This document shows, piece after piece, positions 40,701 to 52,522 of a DNA stretch of 64,000 bases; within the stretch, counting starts at the first letter, position 1, and each line of letters starts with the position of its first letter. A program made the translations under genes and the position numbers. This DNA comes from Botryllus schlosseri. Taxonomy: Eukaryota. The DNA is taken from NCBI GenBank assembly GCA_051294905.1, contig CM119378.1:2916001-2980000 (forward strand), in the 5' to 3' direction. Under the pieces are notes generated by a model. The model saw nothing but the letters and a program-made list of their open reading frames with translations, did not search any database and had not been told where the DNA came from.

Positions 40701-43700
40701 AATTCTATTATCGACAATATACAGCACAAAAGGCTCAACGCGTTCATGTACCATAAAAATATAGTCTTTTCCCGAGATCTAGACACCCAGCAAAAGACGT
40801 GGTCGGCGAGGTCGCTGTTTCCCGCGCGCTGAGCACAGGCCCAGCGGATGTTTTCGCCGCCGCATGTATACACCTCCGGTACTGAGTAGAGTATGTAGTT
40901 TATAGGGTTGAATGAGGGTTGAGCATCGCTCTCGTGAAGCAGGCTGTATCCTATATACAGTGACACAGCCTCCAGTGCAATTCTTAGAAATACGTTGACC
41001 AGGTAGGAGATTTGAATATCACGCTTGGTGGTCACTTTCGACGACTTTGTGTCGGTATTGGTTTTGTGTTGTATTCTATTCGTTAGTCTGTGTCTTATTC
41101 GAGCCAGCATGCTTCTCTTTCTATCAGATTTGACTACTTTGTCCGCGTTCGGATATAATTCATCTGTACTGCTTGTGTTACTTCGATTATAAGTCTGAGC
41201 TCGTTTCCTTTTCACAAGCCGTCGCTGCTTTTCGGCGCGAACGTTAATGGTATACATGTAAAACACTATCGAAGGCGCGGTGACCACTAGAAGTTGAAGA
41301 GCCCAAAATCGTACGTGAGATATTTTGGAAAATTGGTTGAAACACGCGTTCTCGCATCCTATCACGTTCGTGCGACAGCGAAACGCAGACTGTTCGTCGT
41401 TGTAGACCGACTGGCTCACAGTAGCAATGACCAACAACCTGAATAGGATGACGAGGATGTACCATAGCTTTCCGGGACTGGTGCTGTAACGAGTAATATC
41501 CACGACTATCCTTTCAAATCCTGAAACTCTCGAACGCATTGCGTTATGATATTCACGACTTTACAGTGTATACTATAAATTACACGTACAATATGGACCT
41601 GCAAAATATCAATTGCCGCATGTTTTTGAGATTTAGCAAACTTGACATTGCTGCGCCCGGAAGTATGACGCCCGCGGTTAGTAGAATAGCTATTCCGGAT
41701 CCACGAAGCCAGGGAAACTCAATTGGTGGACCTCGATCCGAATGCGTACCTTATAAGGCTTGAGTCCGTACCTTATCCGTCTGAGTGTTTAGTTACTTTT
41801 CTAACAAAACCGAATCCATTATCGCTGATTTGCAAAAAAATGTGCCAAAAATGCAAATTGTACCACTACCTGTTACTAACCGAAGAATAAGTGCATTTGG
41901 CTTATTTCCTTTGCTAGTACCCTTTACCGGATTTTGTATATAGTCATACCGCATATTGCGTTTGACTGTAAATTATTTCATGAGAGTTATAATAGTGGAT
42001 AGTGTGGCGAGATAGCGCAGTGGTATAATCCTCGGCTGCAACACCAATGGGTGCGGGTTCGAGTCCGACCGGGGTCGACTTCCGAATTCCGACACTTAAG
42101 TGTTGGAGGTTTACCTAGGCTCCTCCTCGCCACCTCATCCGCGTCAGCGGTGGCCGTGCTATAAATCGGCAGTTACGGAAAATAAAAAAAAATATCGGCC
42201 TCGTGTAAATGACCATTGACCATAGTAGTCGACAAACACCATGAGTACCCAAAAACAAACAAAAACTAGTGGATCTGAGCAAATATTAAACTTTTGTAAC
42301 TGGACCCTGTACTAACCAGTACTAGTTTCGATGCAGCCGAAAATGGGTCCAGTTAAGAACTATATCTTGAACCAATTCATTATTTCAATACTTGAAAGAC
42401 ATTCAGATTCGTAAACAGACATTAGACAATCTTTCCTGTTTGCCGTAATGTATTTGGCTTCGACGCCATTTCACAATGGACTGCAGGACTTGGTGACGAA
42501 TTTGTCTAACTGGCGATTGAACTGACTAGCGGCTATCAATATCGTCTATGTTGAAGCCGTAAACTTGATAAGCACTATGGTTTTGGAAGATACAAGCAAT
42601 TAAGCACCATCGCCTAGTCGATACCCTGGCTCAATATAATCAGCCCTTATATAGCCTACACGCGATGGTAATGTACTCAAGTTACTTGCAATGGGCCTTT
42701 GCGTAGTGTATCGTTACAAAGGGGGCGAATAAAAACCGTTTATTCACAATACCAATCTGAATCAGTTGGGATAAAAGAATGATGCGGTCTACTGAGTGCC
42801 ATGGGTCGAATGTTTTCCAGTGTCCCATTGTATATACTTCGATTATTTATTGCAGATACAAACGACAGAGCAGCACCCACGATGCTGAACATGTCGAAAT
42901 CTGTGTCCATCGCCCTGATTGCCATCATCGTGATCCTGTTCGTCTGCCTGGTGTGCAGTATTTCGAAACTGATGCTTCTAAGAAAAAAGTGAGTTTATTT
43001 CCGGCCGGCGCTTTTTGATTGTTCATTTTCGAAGCGATGCTTACTTCGCGTGCGGAATGCAGGTCAAAACTTTTCGAATAGGGAAAACTACTCGCGCCAT
43101 ACTACCCAAGAATAGTTTTGGGTTAAGTTTCAATCACTTGTATGAGTGAAATTGTCACAAAACCACGAGAAATAGCCCGTGTATCATGGTAATTGAATAT
43201 ATTTTCGTAAAGATGTAGACTCTACATTGTAGAGTCTTTAGTAATTTTGCGTTAGTCGCAAATATGCATTCTGCAATTTCAAATGTTTAGCCATCAGAGG
43301 TGGTCAGTAAAAAAGCACTTCTACTTCTACTTCAAGTAGATTTTCGCAGCATACACTATACTTTCGCAAAGGGTTATGGTTTAGAGCGAGGGGGGGGGGG
43401 GCTAACGTGAGACCGTAGAAGGAAATGTGCTGCCGTCGACACGCAATTCAATTATTATGTGTTGGCGGCCGTCGACATGGATATCTAATTTACGAATTGG
43501 CTCCCGAATTTTTGAGATATTTTAATAAATCCTGAATCTGAAAATATTTCGCGCTTCGTGCGACCATAGCGAATCCCAATAACTAAGGTTGCATTTAAAA
43601 CAAACATGTTTAAAACATGTTTTTTATTGTTTTTTTTTTAAAGCTATATGATATCACGAATATTCGATTGTGACTTCATATTGGATTGATATTCACGATT

Positions 43701-46060
43701 GAAAATATAGGGTAAATATAGGCCCTTTGACGAAATATCTACGTACTATAGCTGTTGAAACGACTATTCTGAGGGTCCCAACCATCCCATATCGAATACG
43801 TCGGCTTAATAGGAGGGTGGGTAATTGTCCGTAGGCTCATACAACATGTTTTTGGAAAGAATTTACATAACTATAGCATAATTGTACAACTTGAAAAAGC
43901 ATTTTTCAAAAAAGCCTTTGTTTACAACACTGTTTAAAACATGTTTCAAACAAAGTATTTTAAACAACCATTTGTTTTAAATGCAACCCTAGCAGTAAAT
44001 ATTCATAACATGACACCACTCGCCATTCGGTACGTACAGTAAGCCGATATGAAAACCGAAAATGGACATGAACAGTTTGACATGGGTGTTTGGCGTCCAG
44101 TTATTTCATTACGGATCTGCCGTGGAATGTGGCCGTAGGCTACATAGAAGTAATTGAAATGCGGTCGTAAAGAGCAAGAAGGTTGGCCATCCCTGGTTTA
44201 GAGATTATTTCTACTTGATAGTTTTCAGTTTTCAAGGCGACGGGCAAACTTGCTTTTCTACTTACATGGGAATCGCTACTTATACTTATACTTGAGTAGA
44301 ATTTACGACATTATACTTTTACTTGACTAACAACAATAATGAATAGTTTGAACACCTCTGATAGCCATCTCTGATTGATTGATAAATGTATGCGATCCCA
44401 CAGATCTTTCATTCTGTATTTCCATTTGAATTAGGTTTGTCATGTTTTGAAATTCGATAATTCTACTTGTTACAACACGTAATCGAGCATAGAAATTTAC
44501 TGCATTATTTCTAGTAACGATGACCACTTTGACTACCTCTGCGTAATGGTATATAGCAAAATCCATGGTTTAAGCCAGTGGTTCTTAATCTTGACTTACT
44601 TGCGGAATAATCACGCTAATCTGGAAGCCTTCGCGGAACTCAAAATTTTCACCTAGTCATAGAAACAAAAATCTATACCAAAATACACGTCTAACTGCAC
44701 ATCTAATATATTACTGTAGAGTACTGGTGCATAGAATGAGCACATGAACAGTGCGTTATCAGAGCGCTTAAAGAAGAGAACCATGAAAATGTAGTTTTCA
44801 CGCATAACGAAAACCTTATGTTGAATATCTATTGGAAATGAGTGGAACTTCTTCTGCTTCCTTTCACATACCAGTTCAGATATGCAGATATTACCTTGAA
44901 GACTGTCAACGTATTGTTCTGTCCAAGCGCAACAGTTTGACATTAATTGCTTAATTACAAATGAGCTGACAGATATTGGAGATACAATATAAATTGCAGA
45001 AGGACAGGTTTTCGATTTCAAACCCTAACCTGCCAAGTGCCGTGTGTATATTATACGCCAATGCACACGATTTACCATCAAAACAGTCACAATTCGACTA
45101 CTGATCGGCTTTAATTAGATGCAAACTATGAGGGCCAAGGCATTAGTTGAGCGTGTCTTTGTATTGCCGTCCGCGGAGCCCCAGAGACTGGCTCACGTAT
45201 GGTTACCATATTTTGGAATCCGGAAAGGGGGACACTTAGTGTTAGGAAATTGAAAACAGCTGATTTTGAAATATTTACCGGAAATCTTGCTGTGTTGACT
45301 AAAAATATCTCATCATTTTGTCTCGCATCCCGAATTACCCGCCCTTTTACGCTACTTTTACGGTGTTGACTACAAAAAACGGTCATCACTATGATTCGAC
45401 TCCCTAATGACCCGTCCGAACCTCCAGATTACCTATTTCGAGTAATTTATGCCGATTTTCAGTTGACCCTGTCATTAGTAGCGTAACTGTAAAATATGTA
45501 AAGGAGGAGGAATTGCCAAAAAGAAGGATATTTAGGCGTCATCGGAGGACATTTTCAATTTCCTGAAAAAGGAGGACGTATGGTAACCCTAGGCTCACGG
45601 AACACCTAGTGTACCATGGAACATCGGCTCAGTACCACTGATATAGGCATAAAAATTGAATACCATTTTAGTCAACTTAATCTGCATAGCTGGTATTCAA
45701 AAACTTTCATGTCTCAACAGAAAACAGGATTCTTCATTCCAAAACCCAACCGTGGTGGCATACGTTCACCAAGGAGACAACACGCAAAATACTGACAGAA
45801 TAGAGTCTCCTCGCACGATCCCGCCGACACTCTCCGTGGATTCCATTACGTCTGCCACAGCGGCTTACGCAGAAATCGGTAGCGGCGCGTGGAGTGCAAA
45901 CCACGAACCCCACGCGTACGCAGAATTATCTCACCAGCCCAGCACAGCGGAAGCTCCAGAAACGAGTCCGGCTCAGAATCAACAATATCGGTCGCTACCG
46001 GAATATATTTATAGCAAGATCAACAGGAAGAAAAACAAGTCGCCGCAAGAAGCATGCTAG
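37736..46060 (+). CDS. Spliced type-I membrane protein: signal peptide, CUB-like ectodomain, TM, cytoplasmic tail with YxxI/L motifs (~328 aa)
   Basis: Phase-compatible GT-AG exons 37736-38006 (phase 1), 38770-39012 (1), 42856-42988 (2), 45721-46060; sum 987 nt open to TAG. CUB-like pattern C...GQIDF...CEWKL...VVFYI...C; TM VSIALIAIIVILFVCLVCSI followed by RKKK; tail YAEI, YAEL, YRSL, YSKI. The start codon and any additional exons are uncertain. Confidence 0.72.
40307..41539 (-). CDS. Connexin (gap junction protein), 410 aa, single coding exon
   Basis: YSTSPGKLW...LFRLL; E1 VYNDEQSAFRCRTNVIGCENACFNQFSKISHVRFWALQ (C-x6-C-x3-C); E2 ending CWVSRSREKTIF; four TM segments. A possible 5'UTR acceptor TTTTGCAG lies at ~41599. 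No vertebrate orthologue can be assigned by eye. Confidence 0.95.
   Translation of the reverse strand: MRSRVSGFERIVVDITRYSTSPGKLWYILVILFRLLVIATVSQSVYNDEQSAFRCRTNVIGCENACFNQFSKISHVRFWALQLLVVTAPSIVFYMYTINVRAEKQRRLVKRKRAQTYNRSNTSSTDELYPNADKVVKSDRKRSMLARIRHRLTNRIQHKTNTDTKSSKVTTKRDIQISYLVNVFLRIALEAVSLYIGYSLLHESDAQPSFNPINYILYSVPEVYTCGGENIRWACAQRAGNSDLADHVFCWVSRSREKTIFLWYMNALSLLCCILSIIEFVQLAFCYGIHGLRSTPNTSKQCAIPTWYDEAQFVNEPRPVEVCFNPDDEYQKSNYSHTGSSRHSYRSKTRKQPARIPIITTVSEDKLTTSSNRTKDNYRTSAEIFQDSENYQHSQRSFRNSNSKRYDHRT
42001..42266 (+). mobile_element. tRNA-derived SINE; partial copies at ~46250-46445 (+) and ~53700-53820 (-)
   Basis: Pol III A box TAGCGCAGTGG and B box GGTTCGAGTCC, non-tRNA body, CAAA-rich tail, TSD TAGTGGAT on both sides. 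Confidence 0.85.
43295..44541. mobile_element. Decayed CAGAGGTGGTCA-family element containing a nested MITE (43584-43991)
   Basis: CAGAGGTGGTCAG...GACTACCTCTG. The nested TAAGGTTGCATTTAAAACAAA...TTTTAAATGCAACCCTA is homologous to 49431-49848. Confidence 0.7.
45198..45591. mobile_element. hAT-like MITE (TAGGGTTACCATA family)
   Basis: TATGGTTACCATA...TATGGTAACCCTA with a perfect TSD GGCTCACG. It interrupts a repeat also seen at ~15695-15757. Confidence 0.9.
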
Positions 46061-47957
46061 AGATGATATGAATGAAAATCGTGCAGTGTTTTAACTGTAC
46101 TCGTGCCGCAGTGCCGGTCGTTCGTTTGTTTATAATTGATAATTTTGCCTGCTAAAAACGCCGCCAATTTGCGACGCTCTGACAAAGATAGTAGTCCAAA
46201 ATAACATGAAATTGCAGCAGAAATGTTGAATACAGTTTCGTATACACCAGTCTGACTCCAAAATTTCTACTCAAGTGTTAGAGGTTTATCTAGGCTCCTC
46301 CTCGCCATTACGATCACACCCGTCTTATAAAAGCCTAGAAGTGGGCCGTGCTACAAGTCGGCAGATACGGAATAAAAATGAAAATTGACCTGGTTTAAAC
46401 GATCACAGCAGTCGACAAACACCATGAATAGCACAAACAAACAAGGAACACAGCGGATCGAAACGTTCAAACAACGTTTTAAACCGGTGCTTTTCAATCT
46501 TTTTGAGAACCATTCGCACTTATTTTTCCCAAAAATTTCATCCGCACAAATCAACCGAAAATTATTACTCAAAAACAGAATGAACAGACTTAACACCTGA
46601 ATGCGGCATGTTTTACGCGATTGAAAATTGCTTGTTGGTAGAATAAACGATCGTAAGGCCAGGTTATGGACGCTTGTTGTCACCAAAAGGGGTCAAAATC
46701 CATAGCTATATTTTTAATGCTCCGGCCTGATGGCTTGGAAATATGCTTCAAAACTATCGAGTGGGCACATACGCTTTACCCCAACTCGTGTTCTGTTATT
46801 TGTCATTTACATATAATATATACATGAAGGCCTATACAGGCTACCACTATACACTCGCTTTTGAACCAGATTTTTGATTACGTAATACTGTAATAATAGT
46901 GCGCAATTATTTATTCACTCCCACCGGTGGGAAACAAAAAAATATTGTGAAATCTACGATTAGCGGTGCGTGCGTGGTAAGTTTTCACAAATGCGTCGCA
47001 ACGACAAGAGTTGGATTTATTAGATTATGTCGGCGTATTGAATGCATAATGACAGGTGAACTATAACGCTTATCGAGTTTTTAGGGGGAAGGATCAAGGC
47101 AATTGATCTCATTAGCGGCATTATTGGTAATATGGAAATTGAAGATGGATTTATACATTTGAAAAGTTATTTAGTTGCAGCCCATATTGATGTTATCTAA
47201 TCTCTACTCTGACACTTTGAGGTCATGCGAATAAACCCATTAATAAAACTGCTTAAAGTCCGTTAAGTATTCGCGCGGGATTGAATAATCCAGTATTGAG
47301 GAAACTGGCTAATCGTAACGCATAGAGTTGAGTTAATTTTTATCCTCATGATTTAAAGAGCTATTGTTGGAGGTACAGAACTTCAATATACAATGAAATG
47401 AACCCGAATATTTTCGGCTGACACTCGTCAGGGGTAATCGTCTGCAACTATGTAGAGGATTGGAAAGAACATTGTATATCAGCAATCGTATCTCAAGATA
47501 TGACGTCACGTCATGACGTGATTTATTGGGTTCGCCGATAATATCTAGTCGATACTGCACTTTGAAACATTGATCGGTATCAGCCATAGGAGGTGAAAAA
47601 TATTGGCAATTCTTGTGACGCCATAACATGATGGTATGAAGCCAGAAAACTGTAATCTTTGACCACTAGACTGGGAATATTGCTATATTTGATATAGCTT
47701 TTACACTTTCAAGGAGTCCAGATGCAGCGTTTCTAGTTTATTTCCTGTTCAAGTATGACCATGACTGTAAAGCTGTTGAAATAAATGCTCGGAAGGTTTG
47801 AAAATGCCCCTTTTGAAGTATATTCCACCTTATTTGAATATCGGCTAAATATATCGGTGTTGTCGGTGAAGGTGTTAGATATCGGTTTAATCGGCATCGG
47901 CCCAAAAATCCAATATCGGCCGGGCTCTAGAATCAACGCAACACCTTTAGCTTTAAC

Positions 47958-48261
47958 TAGGGTTATCATATTTTGGAAATGTGAACAGAACACACGTTTC
48001 CAAAATTTTCCGACTTACAATTTTGGAGTAAAATCCGGAAAAATGGTAAATTTTCCGTGACTTTGTGGTTGGTTGACTAAAAAAGGTCGACTTTTCGACT
48101 CAGCTCCCGAAATAGCCGCCGGAGCGTTACTTCAGTGCTGATTTATTGTATCTCATTTGAATTTTACTGTATATTTAAACAAAATTCTCAAAACAGAGGA
48201 CAAAATCTCAAAAAGAGGACATTTGGCGTCCTTTCAAAAAAGAAGGCGTATGGTAACCCTA
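47958..48261. mobile_element. hAT-like MITE (TAGGGTTACCATA family)
   Basis: TAGGGTTATCATA...TATGGTAACCCTA; TSD GCTTTAAC/GCGTTAAC. Confidence 0.88.
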
Positions 48262-48888
48262 GCGTTAACTCCCTGTGATGTAGTATAGCAATGCATGACG
48301 CAGTAGCAACGATAAATCGAACAATCAACGAGTTATGGTTCTTTGCAACGTAATGCAATCTTGTACATTGTATAATCTGCTTCGTCGCTGCTATATACAA
48401 CATTGCTTGTTTACGGCCTTCATTTCGTACCTTATATTGGCATTCTGCTCTAAAGCAGGTATTCTCAAACAGCATTGATATGCATCGTAATAATAGGATG
48501 CATTGTAATAGAACCAGAACTGATGATTGTGATTATATGATCATGACACACGCAACTATATTCTAGGCTGGTTTCATGGTCAAGCAATTATACTTAGTCC
48601 CCGAATAGTTTGGATATTGCTCTGTACTCTATGTCTATAGAATCGATTGCTGAACTCGCTTCTACCTGAATTGAATTAGTAGGTCCATAACAGGCATGTG
48701 TAGGGCCTACTAGTCACTAGTGGTACCTTTCTGGTATCCGGCACGGATCGCACGCACGTACGACCGTATAGCCTACGTGCGCTAGCAATATCAAGCATAA
48801 CTACAAAACGAAATTGAAAGCGACCAGAGACCGTCAGTCGACGAATGGCTGCGAGAGAATCTTTTTAGTTCCTCATCGATATGCAGAC

Positions 48889-51282
48889 CAGACATGGGGT
48901 GATTACTTCATGAATGTAATCGATTGCGATTACGATTACTTCCGAATGACGCGATTACGATTACGATTACGATTACAGCAAAATCAGGAAGTAGTCGATT
49001 ACGATTACGATTACATTGGAAAAGTAATCACGATTACTCACGATTACATTTATTTTGCATTTTAGAAGTTGCATCGGAAGACAATATATGGATTGCACTG
49101 AAAAGGCCTAATGAGATAACAAACTTCCTAAAAGATGCGTCATTTGCTTGTTACGTCATAATGTACCCATTGGCCATTTTTATACAAGACGATTTATCGC
49201 ACCCAACGATTTGCATTCTGGCCAGGTCCATGACTGCCGCACCCCAAATTTCCCAATAGGGTGGGGAGCGAGCTCGAACGGGACTCAAGAGTATTTCGTA
49301 AACCAACATAAACTATAGACTTATAGAGTATTCTCGAGAGATTTGATTAACTTGAAAATTCACTCTAGATAAGCTTGATATTGGAATGCGTATGTCTCTC
49401 CCTCAACAAAAAAGCATACATAATTTATAGTAGGCTTGTATTTAAAACAAATGGTTGTTTAAAACACATTGTTTAAAACATGTGTTAACAGTGTTTTAAA
49501 CAAAGGCTTTAAAAAATAAAACTAAAGTGCGTTTTTTCAAGTTGTAAAATTATGCCATAATTGTGTAAATCCTTTCCACAATTACCACCCGATTTAGCCG
49601 ACGTACATCGATATGGGATGGTTGGAATCCCTCAAAATAGTCGGTTCAACAGTCATAGTACAGATATTTCGTCAAAGGAGCTATATTTACCCTATATTTC
49701 CAATTGTCAATGTCAATCCACATTCGTGACGTCATGGCTGTAAACAACAACAACAACAACAACAAAACAATAAAATACATGTTTTAAACAATGTCCATGT
49801 TGTAAACATGCTCGTTTTAAATTTATTTTTGTTTTAAATGCAACCCGAATTTATAGCAATAGGCATTTAGGTTCCAGTCAATACCATGCCACGACACACC
49901 AAAAGACATATGCAATTTCGACCAACACGTGACTTCCCGAAGTGTGCTACTAAAGAAAGACCTAGGCCGAAACCTACGGTATGTGACCATTATCAATAGC
50001 CGCGCTGGCTGGGCGTGACTAATGGTCCGGTCCTTCCAATCCGAGCCCACAATGCAAATACCACCCGGACACCCACATAGCATTAAAGACATGACAGTTT
50101 GTGTGTGCGTCTCACGAAAGTTTTTCTTTTAGTCTGCTACGTTAGGGATACAACAATATCTTTTGATAATATAACTGACCGGAAGTCACGAATTAACAAC
50201 ATACACTAAAGTAATTATAACAAGATAACAGACGTTATAATTATGAATTACGTGCCCCCATCTCTACAGGTAAATCTGACCATCGGGGGCAGAGAGAGAG
50301 AGAGAGAGAGAGGATTAAAAATTAATAATATTGTAATGCTATTACCAATATTATTGACGAAATTCAGTCTTCAACTTGAAATTATCACCCTATGGGACCA
50401 AAGACCAACGTTTGAACTTTGGGACGAATAGCTGTTTTGGTCCTGATTCTAGCTACAACCCACGCTAACATTATATATAAGCCCATGGCTATGGCGGCAG
50501 GTCCCAATGTTGAGTAAAGAATTATGAAATAACGATTGGCGCATAGAGTCATATGAGCAGAACATAAAATTCTGTCATCAACTTAATACAGATAATGTAC
50601 TGCAAGCTGTCGCTACGAGAAACGGCAAAATCGGCTCGATTATGATATATATCAGCAGCTGTTGATTTTTATTGCTTCGTTATGGAAACCTTAATGTTTT
50701 ATTTGACGAGTACAAAATTTCAAATCTCTGTCCGGTGTACGCACGTACTACATAGGTCTACTGCTCGCCAAGCAGCAACGGTAAAACTGCGTTTGTATAA
50801 CAAAACATCAATACACAAGTTATTTGGTAGAGTTGTGATTAATTATCCTGCTGCGGGCTAATGGCTTGTGAAACGTGTTGATAACCTGATATACAACACG
50901 GCGGGTGTTCTTACAATCACACGAATGTACGTGACGTACATCGAATATCTATTTACTGTGGATACTTCTTATGCAATGACTAGCAAAGCTAATAGGCTAC
51001 TTCTGACGTAATAATGAGCAATGGCATTTAAAAATCAGACATTTGAACCTGGTATATTACATCTTCCTTGTTCACTAATGTTCAGTTTATGTCACAGTCC
51101 TTATATGAATAAAAAGTAATCGTTCTTTCACAAAGAAATCGATTAGATATGGGAAGTAGTCGATTACGATTACGATTACTTCGGAATTTTTTCGAATGTA
51201 ATCGATTGCGATTACGATTACTTGAGAATGCTGTAATCGTCGTAATCGATTACGATTACTAATCGCGATTACCCCATGTCTG
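48889..51282. mobile_element. Non-autonomous hAT-like element (TIR CAGACATGGGGT, GATTAC arrays), 2.4 kb
   Basis: CAGACATGGGGT...ACCCCATGTCTG with a perfect TSD ATGCAGAC; (GATTAC)n arrays near both ends; no transposase ORF. Confidence 0.92.
49431..49848. mobile_element. hAT-like MITE (AAAACA-rich) nested in the GATTAC element
   Basis: TAGGCTTGTATTTAAAACAAA...TTTTAAATGCAACCCGA with a perfect TSD ATTTATAG. Confidence 0.88.
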
Positions 51283-52010
51283 ATGCAGACATCATCATCA
51301 TTTCGTCAACAAAGTGTCGTTGTTGTCTCGTGAACCCGAAGGCGTACAAAAAGGTCTGTGTCATCTTGAACCGGCGTTATCGTGCTGTTAATACCAAGTA
51401 TACCTGAATTGCAAATGTCATACCCGGGAGGGTACAAAATTCCGCTAATATTCATGCGCTCAGTCGACTGTTTTTGTTCGAATTATTCAATAGCCCGATA
51501 GTCAAATCCTCGCAAACAACCGTATCCAACTTTATGCGCCACGATTAACAGCATTTAATCATACGATTATATCATTCTCCAGGTTAAGCCAACTTTATGA
51601 TCCACGCCCTAATTGTTACGAAACCGTGAATCAACTGGTGAATGAGACGTTATTTGTTGCATCATATTCTGAAAAGACTTTAGCAGAAATTACTTTGATA
51701 CAACGCATAATTTTGTCCTTTCTTAGGGTGCGGCATCAGCGATTCTGGTATATTTGGTAAAATTCAAATGACAACACTGATTTGAGATCACAATTAACTT
51801 TCTGACATGTTCTTGTCGTACTTGGCGAGTTCATGAGAAAGCAGACAACGCTCTGTTGACGAATTGATTATGTCGGCATATATGGAATATGCACCTAAAA
51901 GATACTCTCGCAGCCATTCGTCGATAAATGCTTAACTTTCATTCTTGAGTTTACGTTTTGTTGGTGAGACGAGCGCGTAATTATGCTACCAGGTGCCAGG
52001 AACATGTAAC

Positions 52011-52522
52011 TAGGGCTGGGCACAATGATTCGAGTATTCGAATCTGAATCGAGTATTAATTTTACTGATTCGAGTCGAGTAATAAAAGACGTTTTTTTCG
52101 AGTACTGAAATTATACGTTCCTCGCAACTGAAAGTTAATTTACTAACGAGAATTAAAGTTTTAATACCATTTTATACTGAGTAAGCCTTGAAACCATGAT
52201 CGGCCGTGTCGCCGCATAGAGATATAGTACAAAGCTACGAACGTTGCTGGAAATAATACATTTCCGAAGTACTGATCATCCCACTACATTGTCACAAAGT
52301 TCAATGAAATCGGTATGGTTGAAAAATTACCAAAGTATCTTTAAAGTGATGAAAAGCAGAAACAAACATTATATTCTTTGTGGTGGCATAAAAGTTACAT
52401 ATTTGAACTTTGACATATTACATTCTGTTATGACGTCATATTGACTGATACTCGAGCCGAGTCGAAGCAAAATACGTGATTCAGAATCGAATCATTCAGG
52501 TACTCGATTTTGCCCAGCCCTA
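52011..52522. mobile_element. hAT-like MITE (TAGGGCTGGGCA family), inverted relative to 31260
   Basis: Both TIRs present; internal sequence is reverse-homologous to 31260-31783. Confidence 0.88.

Noticed and set aside
42001..42075. tRNA gene
   Set aside because: A and B boxes are present, but there is no convincing acceptor stem; it continues into a repeated body with a tail and TSD, so it is a SINE.
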